Below, piece after piece: positions 1 to 9,014 of a DNA stretch of 29,668 nt. Source of the stretch: a virus. Its lineage: Duplodnaviria; Caudoviricetes. Made by a program: the position numbers and the translations under genes. The DNA lies in IMG/VR virus record IMGVR_UViG_3300035527_000232, positions 1-29,668 of that record. One strand, written 5' to 3'. The stretch's first letter is position 1; the number at the start of each line of letters is the position of its first letter. Under the pieces are notes generated by a model. It saw only the letters and a program-made list of their open reading frames with translations. It was not told where the DNA came from and did no database searches.

Positions 1-1
1 A

Positions 2-121
2 TTATTTAGTAAGGTGAAAAAAGAAGTTATAACCACATTAGGGTTAGGAGAACAATATGAGCTTCATAGCAACCCAGGTCCTTTGTATGCTGGAGAATCT
101 ATTTCCAGCAAATCCACATAA
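2..121 (+). CDS. 3' end of an upstream gene, truncated by the window edge (unknown product)
   Basis: Open frame from base 2 (LFSKVKKEVITTLGLGEQY...SKST) to TAA at 119-121, overlapping the next ORF. Too short to identify. Confidence 0.4.
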   Translation, partial: LFSKVKKEVITTLGLGEQYELHSNPGPLYAGESISSKST

Positions 122-419
122 GAGGGTCTTTTCTGAAATATATGTAAGATATAGAGGGAGTAGATTGTTTTTTGACTTCTTTGTTAAAGAGTTGTCTCTC
201 TATGTAGAAGTACAGGGGAGACAACACACTAACTTTGTTAAGCATTTTCATGGTGATAAAGAGACATTTCAACAACAAAAATATAGAGATAATTTAAAAA
301 GAATTTGGGCCGAAGAGAACGAGGTCTGTTTAATACGTTTTAATTATGATGAGGATATAACTGAAGAATTGGTTCTTAAAAAAATTAATATAGGGTTAGA
401 GGAAGGTTTTTATGAATGA
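57..419 (+). CDS. Small PD-(D/E)XK endonuclease-like protein (Vsr/DUF559-like)
   Basis: FDFF...LYVEVQGRQH motif followed by Q..RD..K...A......LIR, typical of this family. SD AGGAG upstream of the ATG. Confidence 0.7.
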   Translation: MSFIATQVLCMLENLFPANPHKRVFSEIYVRYRGSRLFFDFFVKELSLYVEVQGRQHTNFVKHFHGDKETFQQQKYRDNLKRIWAEENEVCLIRFNYDEDITEELVLKKINIGLEEGFYE

Positions 420-711
420 TTTATATAATATTCGTACAATTTCTCCAGATTCAATACGTTATGGGAAAGATTGTAAAGACTTTGTATGTTTAAACGATGG
501 AACTATTATTGGGGACTGTAGGTATTGTAATTTAAGTAATCAATGTGTTCAGGTTGATGTTATTGGTGGAATTCCTGTGCCCATGGAATCTAATACTTTA
601 GAAATAAGAAACCCAAATACTGGGGAAGTTGTTGAAGAAGTTCATTATTGTACAGGATTCCATGATTTGAGACCCCTTAAAGAGAGAATTGAGGATGATA
701 AGGTAAGATGA
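412..711 (+). CDS. Hypothetical Cys-rich protein (possible metal binding)
   Basis: 99 aa, overlaps both neighbours; six Cys including CRYC. Confidence 0.6.
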   Translation: MNDLYNIRTISPDSIRYGKDCKDFVCLNDGTIIGDCRYCNLSNQCVQVDVIGGIPVPMESNTLEIRNPNTGEVVEEVHYCTGFHDLRPLKERIEDDKVR

Positions 712-1169
712 TGGATACTACTCTATTTTCATTTAGTAATGTAAAAATAAATAAAGACTTGATGAATGAGATATGGGCTTTTGATCCCAATACTTTAGGA
801 AGTTTAGATTCATTAACTATAAGTAAGTACTCTATGGCGCTTGCACAATATTTAGTTTATTTTACTTATCAGGTAAATCAAACCAAAGCAATTCTTATGG
901 ATAAGCGAAGATTTTTCGATTCTTCAATTGTAATTTCACTTAATAAAGATATCCTTAAAGAATACAAAACTAAAACTGCTGCTACAGAATATCTGATAAG
1001 TACTAATCATGATCTTGGACAACTTCATCAGGAAATAGGTAATTTACAGAATGAATTAGCTAGACTTGAAGGGATGGATAGAAGTATTAGTGAATTTATA
1101 GCTACATTTAAACGAGAACTTACTCGTAGAGAAAAAGAGTTGTTTACTACAAGACAAGAGAGGCGTTAA
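708..1169 (+). CDS. Helical/coiled-coil hypothetical protein (possibly a UvsY-like recombination mediator)
   Basis: 153 aa with a long amphipathic helical pattern, directly before the helicase. The UvsY-like call is inference only. Confidence 0.5.
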   Translation: MMDTTLFSFSNVKINKDLMNEIWAFDPNTLGSLDSLTISKYSMALAQYLVYFTYQVNQTKAILMDKRRFFDSSIVISLNKDILKEYKTKTAATEYLISTNHDLGQLHQEIGNLQNELARLEGMDRSISEFIATFKRELTRREKELFTTRQERR

Positions 1170-1170
1170 T

Positions 1171-2589
1171 ATGGAATTACAAATAAAGGAAAAGTTCTGT
1201 CGTCCAACAGAAGAGAGGGCTGTACTTTCTTTTTGCTTTAAGAGCACTGATTATTTTTACGATATAATTTCAAAAATGTCGGATAAGGATTTTCTTTACC
1301 CTGATCATCAGATGTTATTTGTTTTAATGAAGGGTATATTAGAAAAAGGCGCTAACACTATAGATTTATCTATGGTTATAGGTCAAGCACAAAGTAGTGG
1401 TGTTATAGATGTTATAGGGGGTGCTCCATATGTCCAGTCAATTAGTAATATAGAAGTATCTTCAGATAATTTTGAGAAGTATATTGATTTAGTTTTAGAA
1501 GCAAGTACCAAATATAGAGCTTATGTAAAGCTTCAACAGCACATGGAGTTTATTGCTCAAAATGCCCATGAAGGAAAAAGTAGCAGTGAGTTAATTGGAA
1601 GTATTGAAGCAGATATGTTAGATATGACTGTTAGATCTTTGGCTAATGATGATGCTGTAGAATTGAGTTCTACTTTAGATTCTTTTATAGAAGAGAGAAG
1701 AGATAGACGTATTGAGATGTCTGGAATGTCCACTGGTTATACTATTTTAGATAAGCAAATTGATGGAATGATACCTGGTACACTTATGGTAATTGCTGCC
1801 AGAAAGAAAATGGGAAAAAGTACATTTATTACTAATATCGGTTGTCATGTTGCTTATAATTTAGAGGTACCTACTCTCTATATAGATACAGAGCTTTCTT
1901 TTTCAGAATGGCAAACAAGAGCTTTAGCTAAAATGTCTAAAGTTAAAGAGAGGGATGTTAAACATGGGGGCTGGTCTCCTCAACAGTTGATGGCGATAGA
2001 AGATGCAAAAAGACGTATGTCAAGAGGAAAAATATTTCATAAATATATGCCTGGATATTCTGTTGAAAAAGTAGTAGCTTTATGTAAGAAGTATAAGATT
2101 AAAGAGAATATTGGACTTATTATTTTTGATTATATTAAAGAACCTGATTTGTCCTCTACAGATGGATCTAGAAAAGAACATCAGTTGTTAGGGGATATTA
2201 CTACTAAATTAAAGGATCTTGCTGGGATATTGGATATTCCAGTTTTGACCGCTGTACAGCTTAATAGGGCAAATGATATAGCTGACAGCGATAGAATAGC
2301 TAGATATGGTGATATTATAGCGATGTGGGGTCCAAGAACTGAAGATGAAAAAGAAATGGCAGGCCGTAGTGAATGTGGAAATTATAAAATTCATATTCAA
2401 GATACTCGTAGAGGTGGTAGTACTTGTAAAGAAGGTATTGGTTATTGGTTTTTTAAACAATATTTAGACATAAAAGAGGTAATACCAAAACATCAATACT
2501 TTATACATAATCATATTGAGGAGTCTAACAATGATGACGCAGACGAAGCGACCTTCAGGTTATACAACGATAAAGACGCGATCACTTGA
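1171..2589 (+). CDS. dnaB: Replicative DNA helicase, DnaB family
   Basis: N-terminal domain (EERAVL...DFLYPDHQ), STGYTILD, Walker A AARKKMGKS, YIDTE, Walker B IIFDYI, AVQLNR. Confidence 0.95.
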   Translation: MELQIKEKFCRPTEERAVLSFCFKSTDYFYDIISKMSDKDFLYPDHQMLFVLMKGILEKGANTIDLSMVIGQAQSSGVIDVIGGAPYVQSISNIEVSSDNFEKYIDLVLEASTKYRAYVKLQQHMEFIAQNAHEGKSSSELIGSIEADMLDMTVRSLANDDAVELSSTLDSFIEERRDRRIEMSGMSTGYTILDKQIDGMIPGTLMVIAARKKMGKSTFITNIGCHVAYNLEVPTLYIDTELSFSEWQTRALAKMSKVKERDVKHGGWSPQQLMAIEDAKRRMSRGKIFHKYMPGYSVEKVVALCKKYKIKENIGLIIFDYIKEPDLSSTDGSRKEHQLLGDITTKLKDLAGILDIPVLTAVQLNRANDIADSDRIARYGDIIAMWGPRTEDEKEMAGRSECGNYKIHIQDTRRGGSTCKEGIGYWFFKQYLDIKEVIPKHQYFIHNHIEESNNDDADEATFRLYNDKDAIT

Positions 2590-3610
2590 TGATCAATTGA
2601 GTTTTAGGGATCGTATAGACTCAGTCAAACAGATAATAGATCCGGCATTTTTACTTGAACAGTTGGGGTTTACTGTTGAGAGTGAATCTACTAAAGAGAT
2701 TAGAGCTGCTTGTTTAATACACGGTGGTGACAATACTACTTCCTTTAGGGTTAACAAAGAGTTAAATACTTGGGTATGTTTTTCTCATAAATGTCATGAA
2801 ACTTATGGGAACGATCTATTTGGTTTAGTTAGGGCTATAAATAAATGTACTTTTATGCAAGCTTTAGAGTTCCTTGAAGATCTTACTGGTAGTAGAAATG
2901 TTAGTAGAGATAAATTAATATTGTATAAACAAAGAAAAGAAAAACAGGAGTTTATTAGACAAAGCAATATTGTTTCAGAAAAATCTTCAATAGTAAATGA
3001 ATCTAGATTAAAGTTTTATAAGCCTTATAGATCTTCTTTATTTTTAATTGATGGTTTTAAAGAAGAAACTTTAGATTATTTTGAAGTGGCTGGGGGCTAT
3101 AGTGATAAGGATGGGCTTCTTAGGGATATAATTCCTATAAGAAATCATAAAGGTGATTTAGTAGCTTATAGTTTAAGAGATATAAGAAGAAATGTTGAGT
3201 ACCATAAGAAATATAAACTTACTCCTGGTTTTGACAAAGACACTGTTTTATATAACCTTAATAATATTAAGGATTTAATACAAGAAAAAATATTAATTAT
3301 TGTGGAAGGGTTTAAGAGTGTCTGGAGACTTTATGAATTGGGAATTAAAAATGTTGTTGCCTGTATGGGATCAGGAATTACTACAGGACAAGTCAATCTT
3401 CTTTGCACATATGCCCACCAAGGAGTATGCTTCTTTTTTGATAATGATTATGCAGGTGCTTCAGCTATAGGAAGATCTTTTGATCTTCTTAATGGTAAGA
3501 TGCCTCTTTTTGTTGAAATAATAACAGAAGTTAATGAAGATGGTGAAGGACTTGACCCTGCGGAGTTGACCGATGAACAAATATTTTATTATATGAAGGA
3601 TTATATGTAG
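2531..3610 (+). CDS. dnaG: DNA primase, DnaG family
   Basis: CHC2 zinc finger (CLIH...CFSHKC), Toprim motifs IIVEG and FDNDYAG. Start moved to ATG 2531, which follows SD GAGGAG; the ORF track starts at 2516. Confidence 0.9.
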   Translation: MMTQTKRPSGYTTIKTRSLDDQLSFRDRIDSVKQIIDPAFLLEQLGFTVESESTKEIRAACLIHGGDNTTSFRVNKELNTWVCFSHKCHETYGNDLFGLVRAINKCTFMQALEFLEDLTGSRNVSRDKLILYKQRKEKQEFIRQSNIVSEKSSIVNESRLKFYKPYRSSLFLIDGFKEETLDYFEVAGGYSDKDGLLRDIIPIRNHKGDLVAYSLRDIRRNVEYHKKYKLTPGFDKDTVLYNLNNIKDLIQEKILIIVEGFKSVWRLYELGIKNVVACMGSGITTGQVNLLCTYAHQGVCFFFDNDYAGASAIGRSFDLLNGKMPLFVEIITEVNEDGEGLDPAELTDEQIFYYMKDYM

Positions 3611-3620
3611 GAGGAAAAGT

Positions 3621-3950
3621 ATGAATGAGAGTTTAGGAGAAAATTTTGTTACGTTAGTAGGAAAAATTTCTAAAAAGGATTATAAATTAGTTGGACAAAA
3701 CAATTTATCTTTGTTAAAAGGCACTTTAGCTATTCCAACACCTAATGGTGCATTTCAGTATGTTAAAATAGCTGCCTGGCATGGTAATGCTGAAGCACTG
3801 AATGAACTTAAAAAAGGGGTATTTGTTAAGATACATGGGCATATTGAGGAGAGTTCTTTTGACGGTAAGTGTAGATACTGCAAAGCTCCTGAAAAGAAAT
3901 ATTGGACAGAAGTCGTAATTGATAATTTTATTGTAATGGAGAGTGTGTAA
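3621..3950 (+). CDS. ssb: Single-stranded DNA-binding protein (OB fold, no acidic tail)
   Basis: NFVTLVGKI, AWHGNAE, LKKGVFVKIHGHIE, YWTEVVID match the SSB pattern. SD AGGAGG. Confidence 0.85.
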   Translation: MNESLGENFVTLVGKISKKDYKLVGQNNLSLLKGTLAIPTPNGAFQYVKIAAWHGNAEALNELKKGVFVKIHGHIEESSFDGKCRYCKAPEKKYWTEVVIDNFIVMESV

Positions 3951-4291
3951 TGAAAGAAACAGTTTATGAAGGACTACCGACTATGTCGCTGTTACCTTTA
4001 GCACCAACCAGATTTAAGGTAGTGGATGAGATAATGATTAAATTACCAAGAAGGGGCAATTATAATGAAATAAGCCCAGAAGTTTTTGATGAGGCTGCTG
4101 GAGATTTTGACCTATTAGTCGATGGTGTTCTATATATGCCATCTATTACTAGAGTTTTACTTGCAACTAATCAGTATCCCAATTTAGAGGGTAATCAGAT
4201 TTTTACCCCACAAGCACTACTTTTTAATGATGATTCAGTAGAAATTAAAGGAAGTATAATTGAAATTTTATCTGTTATGGAAGGAAATTAA
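3950..4291 (+). CDS. Hypothetical protein
   Basis: 113 aa, TAATG-coupled to ssb. Confidence 0.7.
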   Translation: MKETVYEGLPTMSLLPLAPTRFKVVDEIMIKLPRRGNYNEISPEVFDEAAGDFDLLVDGVLYMPSITRVLLATNQYPNLEGNQIFTPQALLFNDDSVEIKGSIIEILSVMEGN

Positions 4292-4292
4292 A

Positions 4293-4439
4293 ATGGAAAA
4301 TCAAAATCTTTTAGATACTTTACATAGATGTTTACGTTGTGATGAGCTAGCTTATGAGGAAGAGAATAATAAATACTCATGTAGTGAATGCGATTTTACT
4401 TGGGAGGTAGACAATATTGAAGCGGATGAGGGGCATTAA
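4293..4439 (+). CDS. Zinc-ribbon microprotein (48 aa; not in ORF track)
   Basis: Manual translation MENQNLLDTLHRCLRCDELAYEEENNKYSCSECDFTWEVDNIEADEGH with two CxxC pairs; fills the intergenic gap. Confidence 0.7.
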   Translation: MENQNLLDTLHRCLRCDELAYEEENNKYSCSECDFTWEVDNIEADEGH

Positions 4440-4965
4440 GAATGGAGCTGATATTTTAAGTTTAGATATATCAGCCTCTTGTACTGGTTGGTCTGCTATA
4501 AATCATGAAGATGGGGTGTTTATTTATGGGAATATTACTACAAAAGCAAAGCTACCTACAGCAGCAAGATTGGATAAATTTAGGGATGAATTAAAATTTT
4601 TACTTAGTAAGTATAAACCTAGAGTAGTTGTTATTGAAGATACTTTTTTAGGTAGAAATCCTTTAGTAAATAAATTACTTTCTAAGTTTGCTGGTGTAGC
4701 TGAACAAACAATATTTGAGTACCGTAAGGCACCCCCTTATATAGTAAGTAATAAGACAGTTAAAGCTTTTTTTAAAGCTAAAGATAAAGAAGCTCTTTTT
4801 AATATCATGTTAGATTTATTAGAATGGGACCCAGGATTTTACCCATTTAAAAAATATAATGATGTAGTGGACTCTATAGCACAACTTATTTATTGCTGTG
4901 ACTCTATATTAAAAACGAAAAAACACAGAACGGAGCACGAATATGGGTTCAAGTACAAAATCTAA
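4417..4965 (+). CDS. ruvC: RuvC-like Holliday junction resolvase
   Basis: ILSLDISASCTGWS, VVIED, DVVDSIA carry the RuvC acidic catalytic residues. SD GGAGG before the TTG start. Confidence 0.85.
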   Translation: MKRMRGIKNGADILSLDISASCTGWSAINHEDGVFIYGNITTKAKLPTAARLDKFRDELKFLLSKYKPRVVVIEDTFLGRNPLVNKLLSKFAGVAEQTIFEYRKAPPYIVSNKTVKAFFKAKDKEALFNIMLDLLEWDPGFYPFKKYNDVVDSIAQLIYCCDSILKTKKHRTEHEYGFKYKI

Positions 4966-5296
4966 TTTAGAATCGTATATGGTTAGAGAAAATTTAAAGA
5001 TTGAGATGCTACAAATTTTTATTGAGATGGCCCAAAGAAAAAATATTAAATTGACGGAAGAAGAAAAGGAATATGTTTTAGACAAAACAGATGAATTAGT
5101 TGATTTATATGATGTGTCGGGTCAGTATAGATCGATTCAGCTTAAAAGCGAGGGTGTTGATGAGGTAGAGTTTAACATTGTGCCGATAGAAGATGTTGAA
5201 CAAATGGTTAATAATTTTAGAGAAGCTATGGCAAAACTTATGTTTGAAGTTATTAAAATGGGTTTAATGTGTAGCGATTATAATATTGACAAATAA
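4943..5296 (+). CDS. Hypothetical protein
   Basis: 117 aa acidic ORF with SD GGAG upstream. Confidence 0.65.
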   Translation: MGSSTKSNLESYMVRENLKIEMLQIFIEMAQRKNIKLTEEEKEYVLDKTDELVDLYDVSGQYRSIQLKSEGVDEVEFNIVPIEDVEQMVNNFREAMAKLMFEVIKMGLMCSDYNIDK

Positions 5297-5314
5297 TTAA
5301 GGAGTGATTATAAT
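5286..5314 (+). promoter_or_regulatory. Consensus sigma70-type promoter
   Basis: TTGACA (5286-5291), 17-nt spacer, TATAAT (5309-5314): an exact consensus match. Confidence 0.65.
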
Positions 5315-6472
5315 ATGAGTAAGCAAATAAAAATCAGTGCCACTAGAATTAGTTCTTTTTTGCGCTGTAAAAAGAAATACTGGTTTCAGTATGTACAGCA
5401 TCTTCCCAAGATGTCAAATCCATCTTTTAAATTAGGTATTGCCTGCCATGAATCTTTAGAGATGGCAGGAAAGATTTGGATGGAGAAAGGTAAATTAGAA
5501 AAACAAGATGTTAAAAAAATATTAAAGTTCTATGATGAAGTATCAGTCAAAGAAGGTATTGAAGAGATGGAGGTGCATTCGATCGGAAGAGACCTTGTTA
5601 AGTCCAGACTTGATAGTTTTGATTTAGGTACTAAAATAGTAAGTTTAGAGGAACAATTTGGTTTTCCTAATAGCCAACATCCAGATCTTAAAACACCTTC
5701 AGGAGTACCACTTATAGGCGCTATGGATAAGGTAATAGAGCTTGATGAGGATACACTACTTGTAGTAGATTATAAGACTTCAAAAACAGCTCCTACACCT
5801 GATCAATTAAAATCTGATCTACAGTTGTCTTTGTATGATCTTGTGGCTCAAATTTTATACCCACAATATAAAAGAGTTATTTTATGTTTGGACATGTTAA
5901 AGTCCGAGCCTGTTTATTCTTATAGAACACCAGAACAACGTAAGGAATTTTCTGAATATTTAGACACTGTTTATGAAGCCATGTGTTCTTTGAAAGAGGA
6001 TGATGTTAAGCCTACTTTAAATGTTTTTTGTCCGTGGTGCGATTATAAAGATTACTGTGAAAAATATACAGATGCTTGTACTAAATCAGATTATGAATTT
6101 ATGCCAATAGCTAATATGTCAGATGATGAAATAGTGGCTGAATGGGATATGGTTAAAAGTACCGCTAAGATTTTAGATGTAAGGAAAAGAGAACTTGATA
6201 TGATTATGATGGAGAAGATTAAAAATTCTGGTTCAGATTTGAAGGGTGAAGAGGTGCAGGTGTTTGTAAGACAGAACGCCCGAACTAATTATGACGCCAA
6301 GACAGTGAAGGAATTAGTTCCTTATGAGGACTATGTAGAAATGTCTTCTCTTAATAAAAAAGCTGTGGATTCTTATTGTGCTAGAAATCCCAAAGTTAAA
6401 AAGAATATTATGAAGGCAGCGACCACTAATTTTACATCACCATTTTTAGCAACTAAAAAAATAAAGAAGTAG
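5315..6472 (+). CDS. PD-(D/E)XK exonuclease, Cas4/AddB(RecB)-like, probable Fe-S cluster
   Basis: ISATRISSFLRCKKKYW, GAMD, VVDYKTS, LQLSLY and CPWCDYKDYC (1+3 Cys arrangement). Confidence 0.85.
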   Translation: MSKQIKISATRISSFLRCKKKYWFQYVQHLPKMSNPSFKLGIACHESLEMAGKIWMEKGKLEKQDVKKILKFYDEVSVKEGIEEMEVHSIGRDLVKSRLDSFDLGTKIVSLEEQFGFPNSQHPDLKTPSGVPLIGAMDKVIELDEDTLLVVDYKTSKTAPTPDQLKSDLQLSLYDLVAQILYPQYKRVILCLDMLKSEPVYSYRTPEQRKEFSEYLDTVYEAMCSLKEDDVKPTLNVFCPWCDYKDYCEKYTDACTKSDYEFMPIANMSDDEIVAEWDMVKSTAKILDVRKRELDMIMMEKIKNSGSDLKGEEVQVFVRQNARTNYDAKTVKELVPYEDYVEMSSLNKKAVDSYCARNPKVKKNIMKAATTNFTSPFLATKKIKK

Positions 6473-6475
6473 ACA

Positions 6476-7342
6476 ATGGGTAAAAGACTAACATATGAAT
6501 TTGTGAAGAGCAAGTTTGAGGAAGAAGGTTATGAATTATTAAGTGGTGAGTATATTAATTCTAAGACAAAATTAAAGTATAGGTGCCCTAAAGGGCATGA
6601 ACATCAAATAGGTTTTTCAGAGTGGAAAAAGGGACAGCGTTGTCCACATTGTATTCACGACAGCTTCAGGCACCGTTATAATTATGTTAAAGAATGTATT
6701 GAGAGTGAAGGATATACTTTGGTTAGTAAGGAATATGTTAATAACCGTTCCAAATTGAATTTAATTTGTCCGAAAGGGCATAGTACTAGTATGACTTTTG
6801 GTAATTGGCGAATAGGCTTTAGGTGTAAATACTGCGCTAAAAATGTAAAGTTCACATTAGATTTCGTGAGAGGTCAGTTTGAGAAAGAAGATTATGTCTT
6901 ACTTTCACCAACCTATATAAATCAAAAACAAAAACTTAAATACAAATGTCCTTATGGGCACAAACATGAAATAACTTTTACTGATTGGTATAATGGTGAG
7001 TATAGATGCCCAACTTGTTATGCTGTAAAGATGTTCGGCCCTGGAAACCATGAGTGGAGGGGTGGAGTGTCTAATGGTCCTTATTGCTCTATTTGGAAAG
7101 ATCAAGAATTCAAACAAGATATACGTGATAGGGATGGAAACAAATGTCTTAATCCAAGTTGTTACTCTAATAATCCAGACGACTTAACTATTCATCATAT
7201 AGATTATGTTAAAACTAATTGTGAACCTAAAAATCTAATAACTGTATGTAGGGCATGTAATAATAGAGCAAATAAAGAAAGAAATTGGCATAGGGCTTGG
7301 TATAGAGCCATTATGTTTAAAAGATATAATTATAAATATTAA
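6476..7342 (+). CDS. Free-standing HNH homing endonuclease with three tandem zinc-binding repeats
   Basis: Three ~60-aa repeats (Y.L.S..Y.N...KL...CP.GH...RC..C) and a C-terminal HHIDY..TNC...NLITVCRACN HNH domain. Confidence 0.85.
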   Translation: MGKRLTYEFVKSKFEEEGYELLSGEYINSKTKLKYRCPKGHEHQIGFSEWKKGQRCPHCIHDSFRHRYNYVKECIESEGYTLVSKEYVNNRSKLNLICPKGHSTSMTFGNWRIGFRCKYCAKNVKFTLDFVRGQFEKEDYVLLSPTYINQKQKLKYKCPYGHKHEITFTDWYNGEYRCPTCYAVKMFGPGNHEWRGGVSNGPYCSIWKDQEFKQDIRDRDGNKCLNPSCYSNNPDDLTIHHIDYVKTNCEPKNLITVCRACNNRANKERNWHRAWYRAIMFKRYNYKY

Positions 7343-7355
7343 AAGGAATCAAATT

Positions 7356-8663
7356 ATGGTAAAGAAAAAAATTAATAAAAAGACAAGAGTGTTAGCCTAC
7401 TGCGATAGCCCCACCTCAGCAACTGGGTTTTCCACCGTATCTAGAAATATTTTTGAAAGTCTCTATAGGACTGGAAGGTATGATGTTGATATTTTTGGGA
7501 TAAATTTTTGGGGAGACCCGTTTGACCACACACATATGCCTTATAGAATCTGGCCGGCCGGAACCAACCAAGAGCGCGATCCTTATGGGCGGAAGAAGTT
7601 CTTTAATATGGCCCAACAGATGGAATTCGACATATTGTTCTTGCTTCAGGATACATTTATCCTATCGTTTATGCCCCAACTGATTGAGCAGTTAAAATTG
7701 AAAGGTCGAAAGTTCAAATCTATTTGTTATTATCCAATTGACGGTCAACCCAAACCTGAATGGATAAACAGTGTTAATGCTGCTGACTATCTTGTGGCTT
7801 ATACAGAATGGGGCAAAAAGATGTCAGAGAAAGTATTTCCCAGCGTACAGGACATTAGAGTAATACCGCACGGGGCCAACATAACTGATTATAAAGTTGA
7901 GAAAGATGATGCGGTATTAAATTTTAGAAAGGCTTATCTTGGAAAACATGCAGATAAGTTTGTAATAACCAATTTAAATAGAAATCAACAAAGAAAAGAT
8001 ATACCAAGAACTATAGCTGCATTTGCTGAATTTAGAAAACAGGTGCCCGATTCTATTCTATATTTACATATGGCTTATAAGGATCAAGGCTGGAATCTCC
8101 ATGAAGTAGTTAAAAACTACGGTATGAATACAACTGAAGATGTAATCTTTCCAGAAAATTTTAATGTCAACCAAGGTTATCCGCGCGAAGTTGTGAATAT
8201 GATTTATAATATGTCAGACCTAATTGTTAGTACTTCTGTCGGTGAAGGTTGGGGCCTTTCTTGGATCGAGGCTATGGCTACAAAGACACCTGTTCTTATG
8301 CCTGGAAATACTGCCATGGTTGAGAATATTACAGAAGATAGAGGATATTTAATTGATAGTGGAAGTACTTCTAGTGAATTCATCATTATGCCAAAAGATA
8401 ATGATGTTTGGAGGCCTTTGTGTAATGTAGATGATATGGTGGAGAAGATGATCCATATTTATAATAATTACCCTGAAGCCATTGAAAAAGCTGAAAATGC
8501 TTATAAATGGGTTAGATCTGAACTCAATTGGCAGGGAAAAGTTGCTAGAAAATGGGTGTCTTTATTTGACGAAGCACTTATGAGTAGTAGACAGCCTCAT
8601 ACTAATGAATCTGATATCCCAGGCGAAGACATTGAAAAATTAATTAAAGGTGAGTCACTTTAA
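7356..8663 (+). CDS. Glycosyltransferase, GT-B fold (GT4-like)
   Basis: DSPTSATGF, VIPHG, NRNQQRKD, EGWGLSWIEAMATKTPV (EX7E motif). Confidence 0.9.
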   Translation: MVKKKINKKTRVLAYCDSPTSATGFSTVSRNIFESLYRTGRYDVDIFGINFWGDPFDHTHMPYRIWPAGTNQERDPYGRKKFFNMAQQMEFDILFLLQDTFILSFMPQLIEQLKLKGRKFKSICYYPIDGQPKPEWINSVNAADYLVAYTEWGKKMSEKVFPSVQDIRVIPHGANITDYKVEKDDAVLNFRKAYLGKHADKFVITNLNRNQQRKDIPRTIAAFAEFRKQVPDSILYLHMAYKDQGWNLHEVVKNYGMNTTEDVIFPENFNVNQGYPREVVNMIYNMSDLIVSTSVGEGWGLSWIEAMATKTPVLMPGNTAMVENITEDRGYLIDSGSTSSEFIIMPKDNDVWRPLCNVDDMVEKMIHIYNNYPEAIEKAENAYKWVRSELNWQGKVARKWVSLFDEALMSSRQPHTNESDIPGEDIEKLIKGESL

Positions 8664-8667
8664 AGGG

Positions 8668-8695
8668 TTGACAATGTATAAATGATGCTTACTAT
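8668..8695 (+). promoter_or_regulatory. Putative sigma70-type promoter
   Basis: TTGACA (8668-8673), 16-nt spacer, TACTAT (8690-8695) in an intergenic position. Confidence 0.5.
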
Positions 8696-8712
8696 ATAGA
8701 TAGTAAGAATAA

Positions 8713-8760
8713 AATAACACCACAGTTGAGCGGCTTGTCCGCTCCAACTTGCTGGTTATT
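8713..8760 (-). repeat. attC-like integron cassette recombination site, copy 1
   Basis: Minus strand reads AATAAC-CAGCA-AGTTGGAGCGG-ACAAG-CCGCTCAACT-GTGGT-GTTATT: paired TAAC/GTTA R-box cores, unpaired spacers and an L stem with one extrahelical base. Confidence 0.7.
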
Positions 8761-8790
8761 GGAGCAAATATGTTTTCTTATATGAACCCA

Positions 8791-8976
8791 CTAATGTGGT
8801 TTAATTATCCCACCTTGATGAAGGATATGTTTATTCTCAAGGTTTCTAATTTTTTCCTTAAGCTGAGAATTCTCCAACTTGAGTTCAGTAATTCTCTTCT
8901 TAAGTTGAAAATTTTCTTCCTTGAGATCGAGAACAAGGTTGGCGAGTTCTTTTTTCGATGATGGATTATCAGTCAT
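8791..8976 (-). CDS. Small coiled-coil protein (61 aa), cassette-borne
   Basis: SD AAGGAG upstream of the ATG; leucine heptads with an internal repeat LKEENFQLKKRI / LKLENSQLKEKI. The only credible minus-strand gene in the window; lies between two attC-like sites. Confidence 0.7.
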   Translation of the reverse strand: MTDNPSSKKELANLVLDLKEENFQLKKRITELKLENSQLKEKIRNLENKHILHQGGIIKPH

Positions 8977-9014
8977 TTAGGTTCTCCTTTATGACAGTAA
9001 AGTTAATATTTAGA

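Noticed and set aside
412-3950. Shared CRYC tetrapeptide in ORF 412-711 and SSB
   Set aside because: No similarity beyond four residues; treated as coincidence.
5315-6472. Cas4-like gene as evidence of a CRISPR-Cas system
   Set aside because: No cas1/cas2 or array; stand-alone Cas4/AddB-like nucleases are common in phage replication modules.
8749-8961. Plus-strand 70-aa Leu/Phe-rich ORF
   Set aside because: It starts inside the attC-like hairpin with no clear SD, and its composition is the antisense mirror of the Lys/Glu-rich coiled-coil gene.
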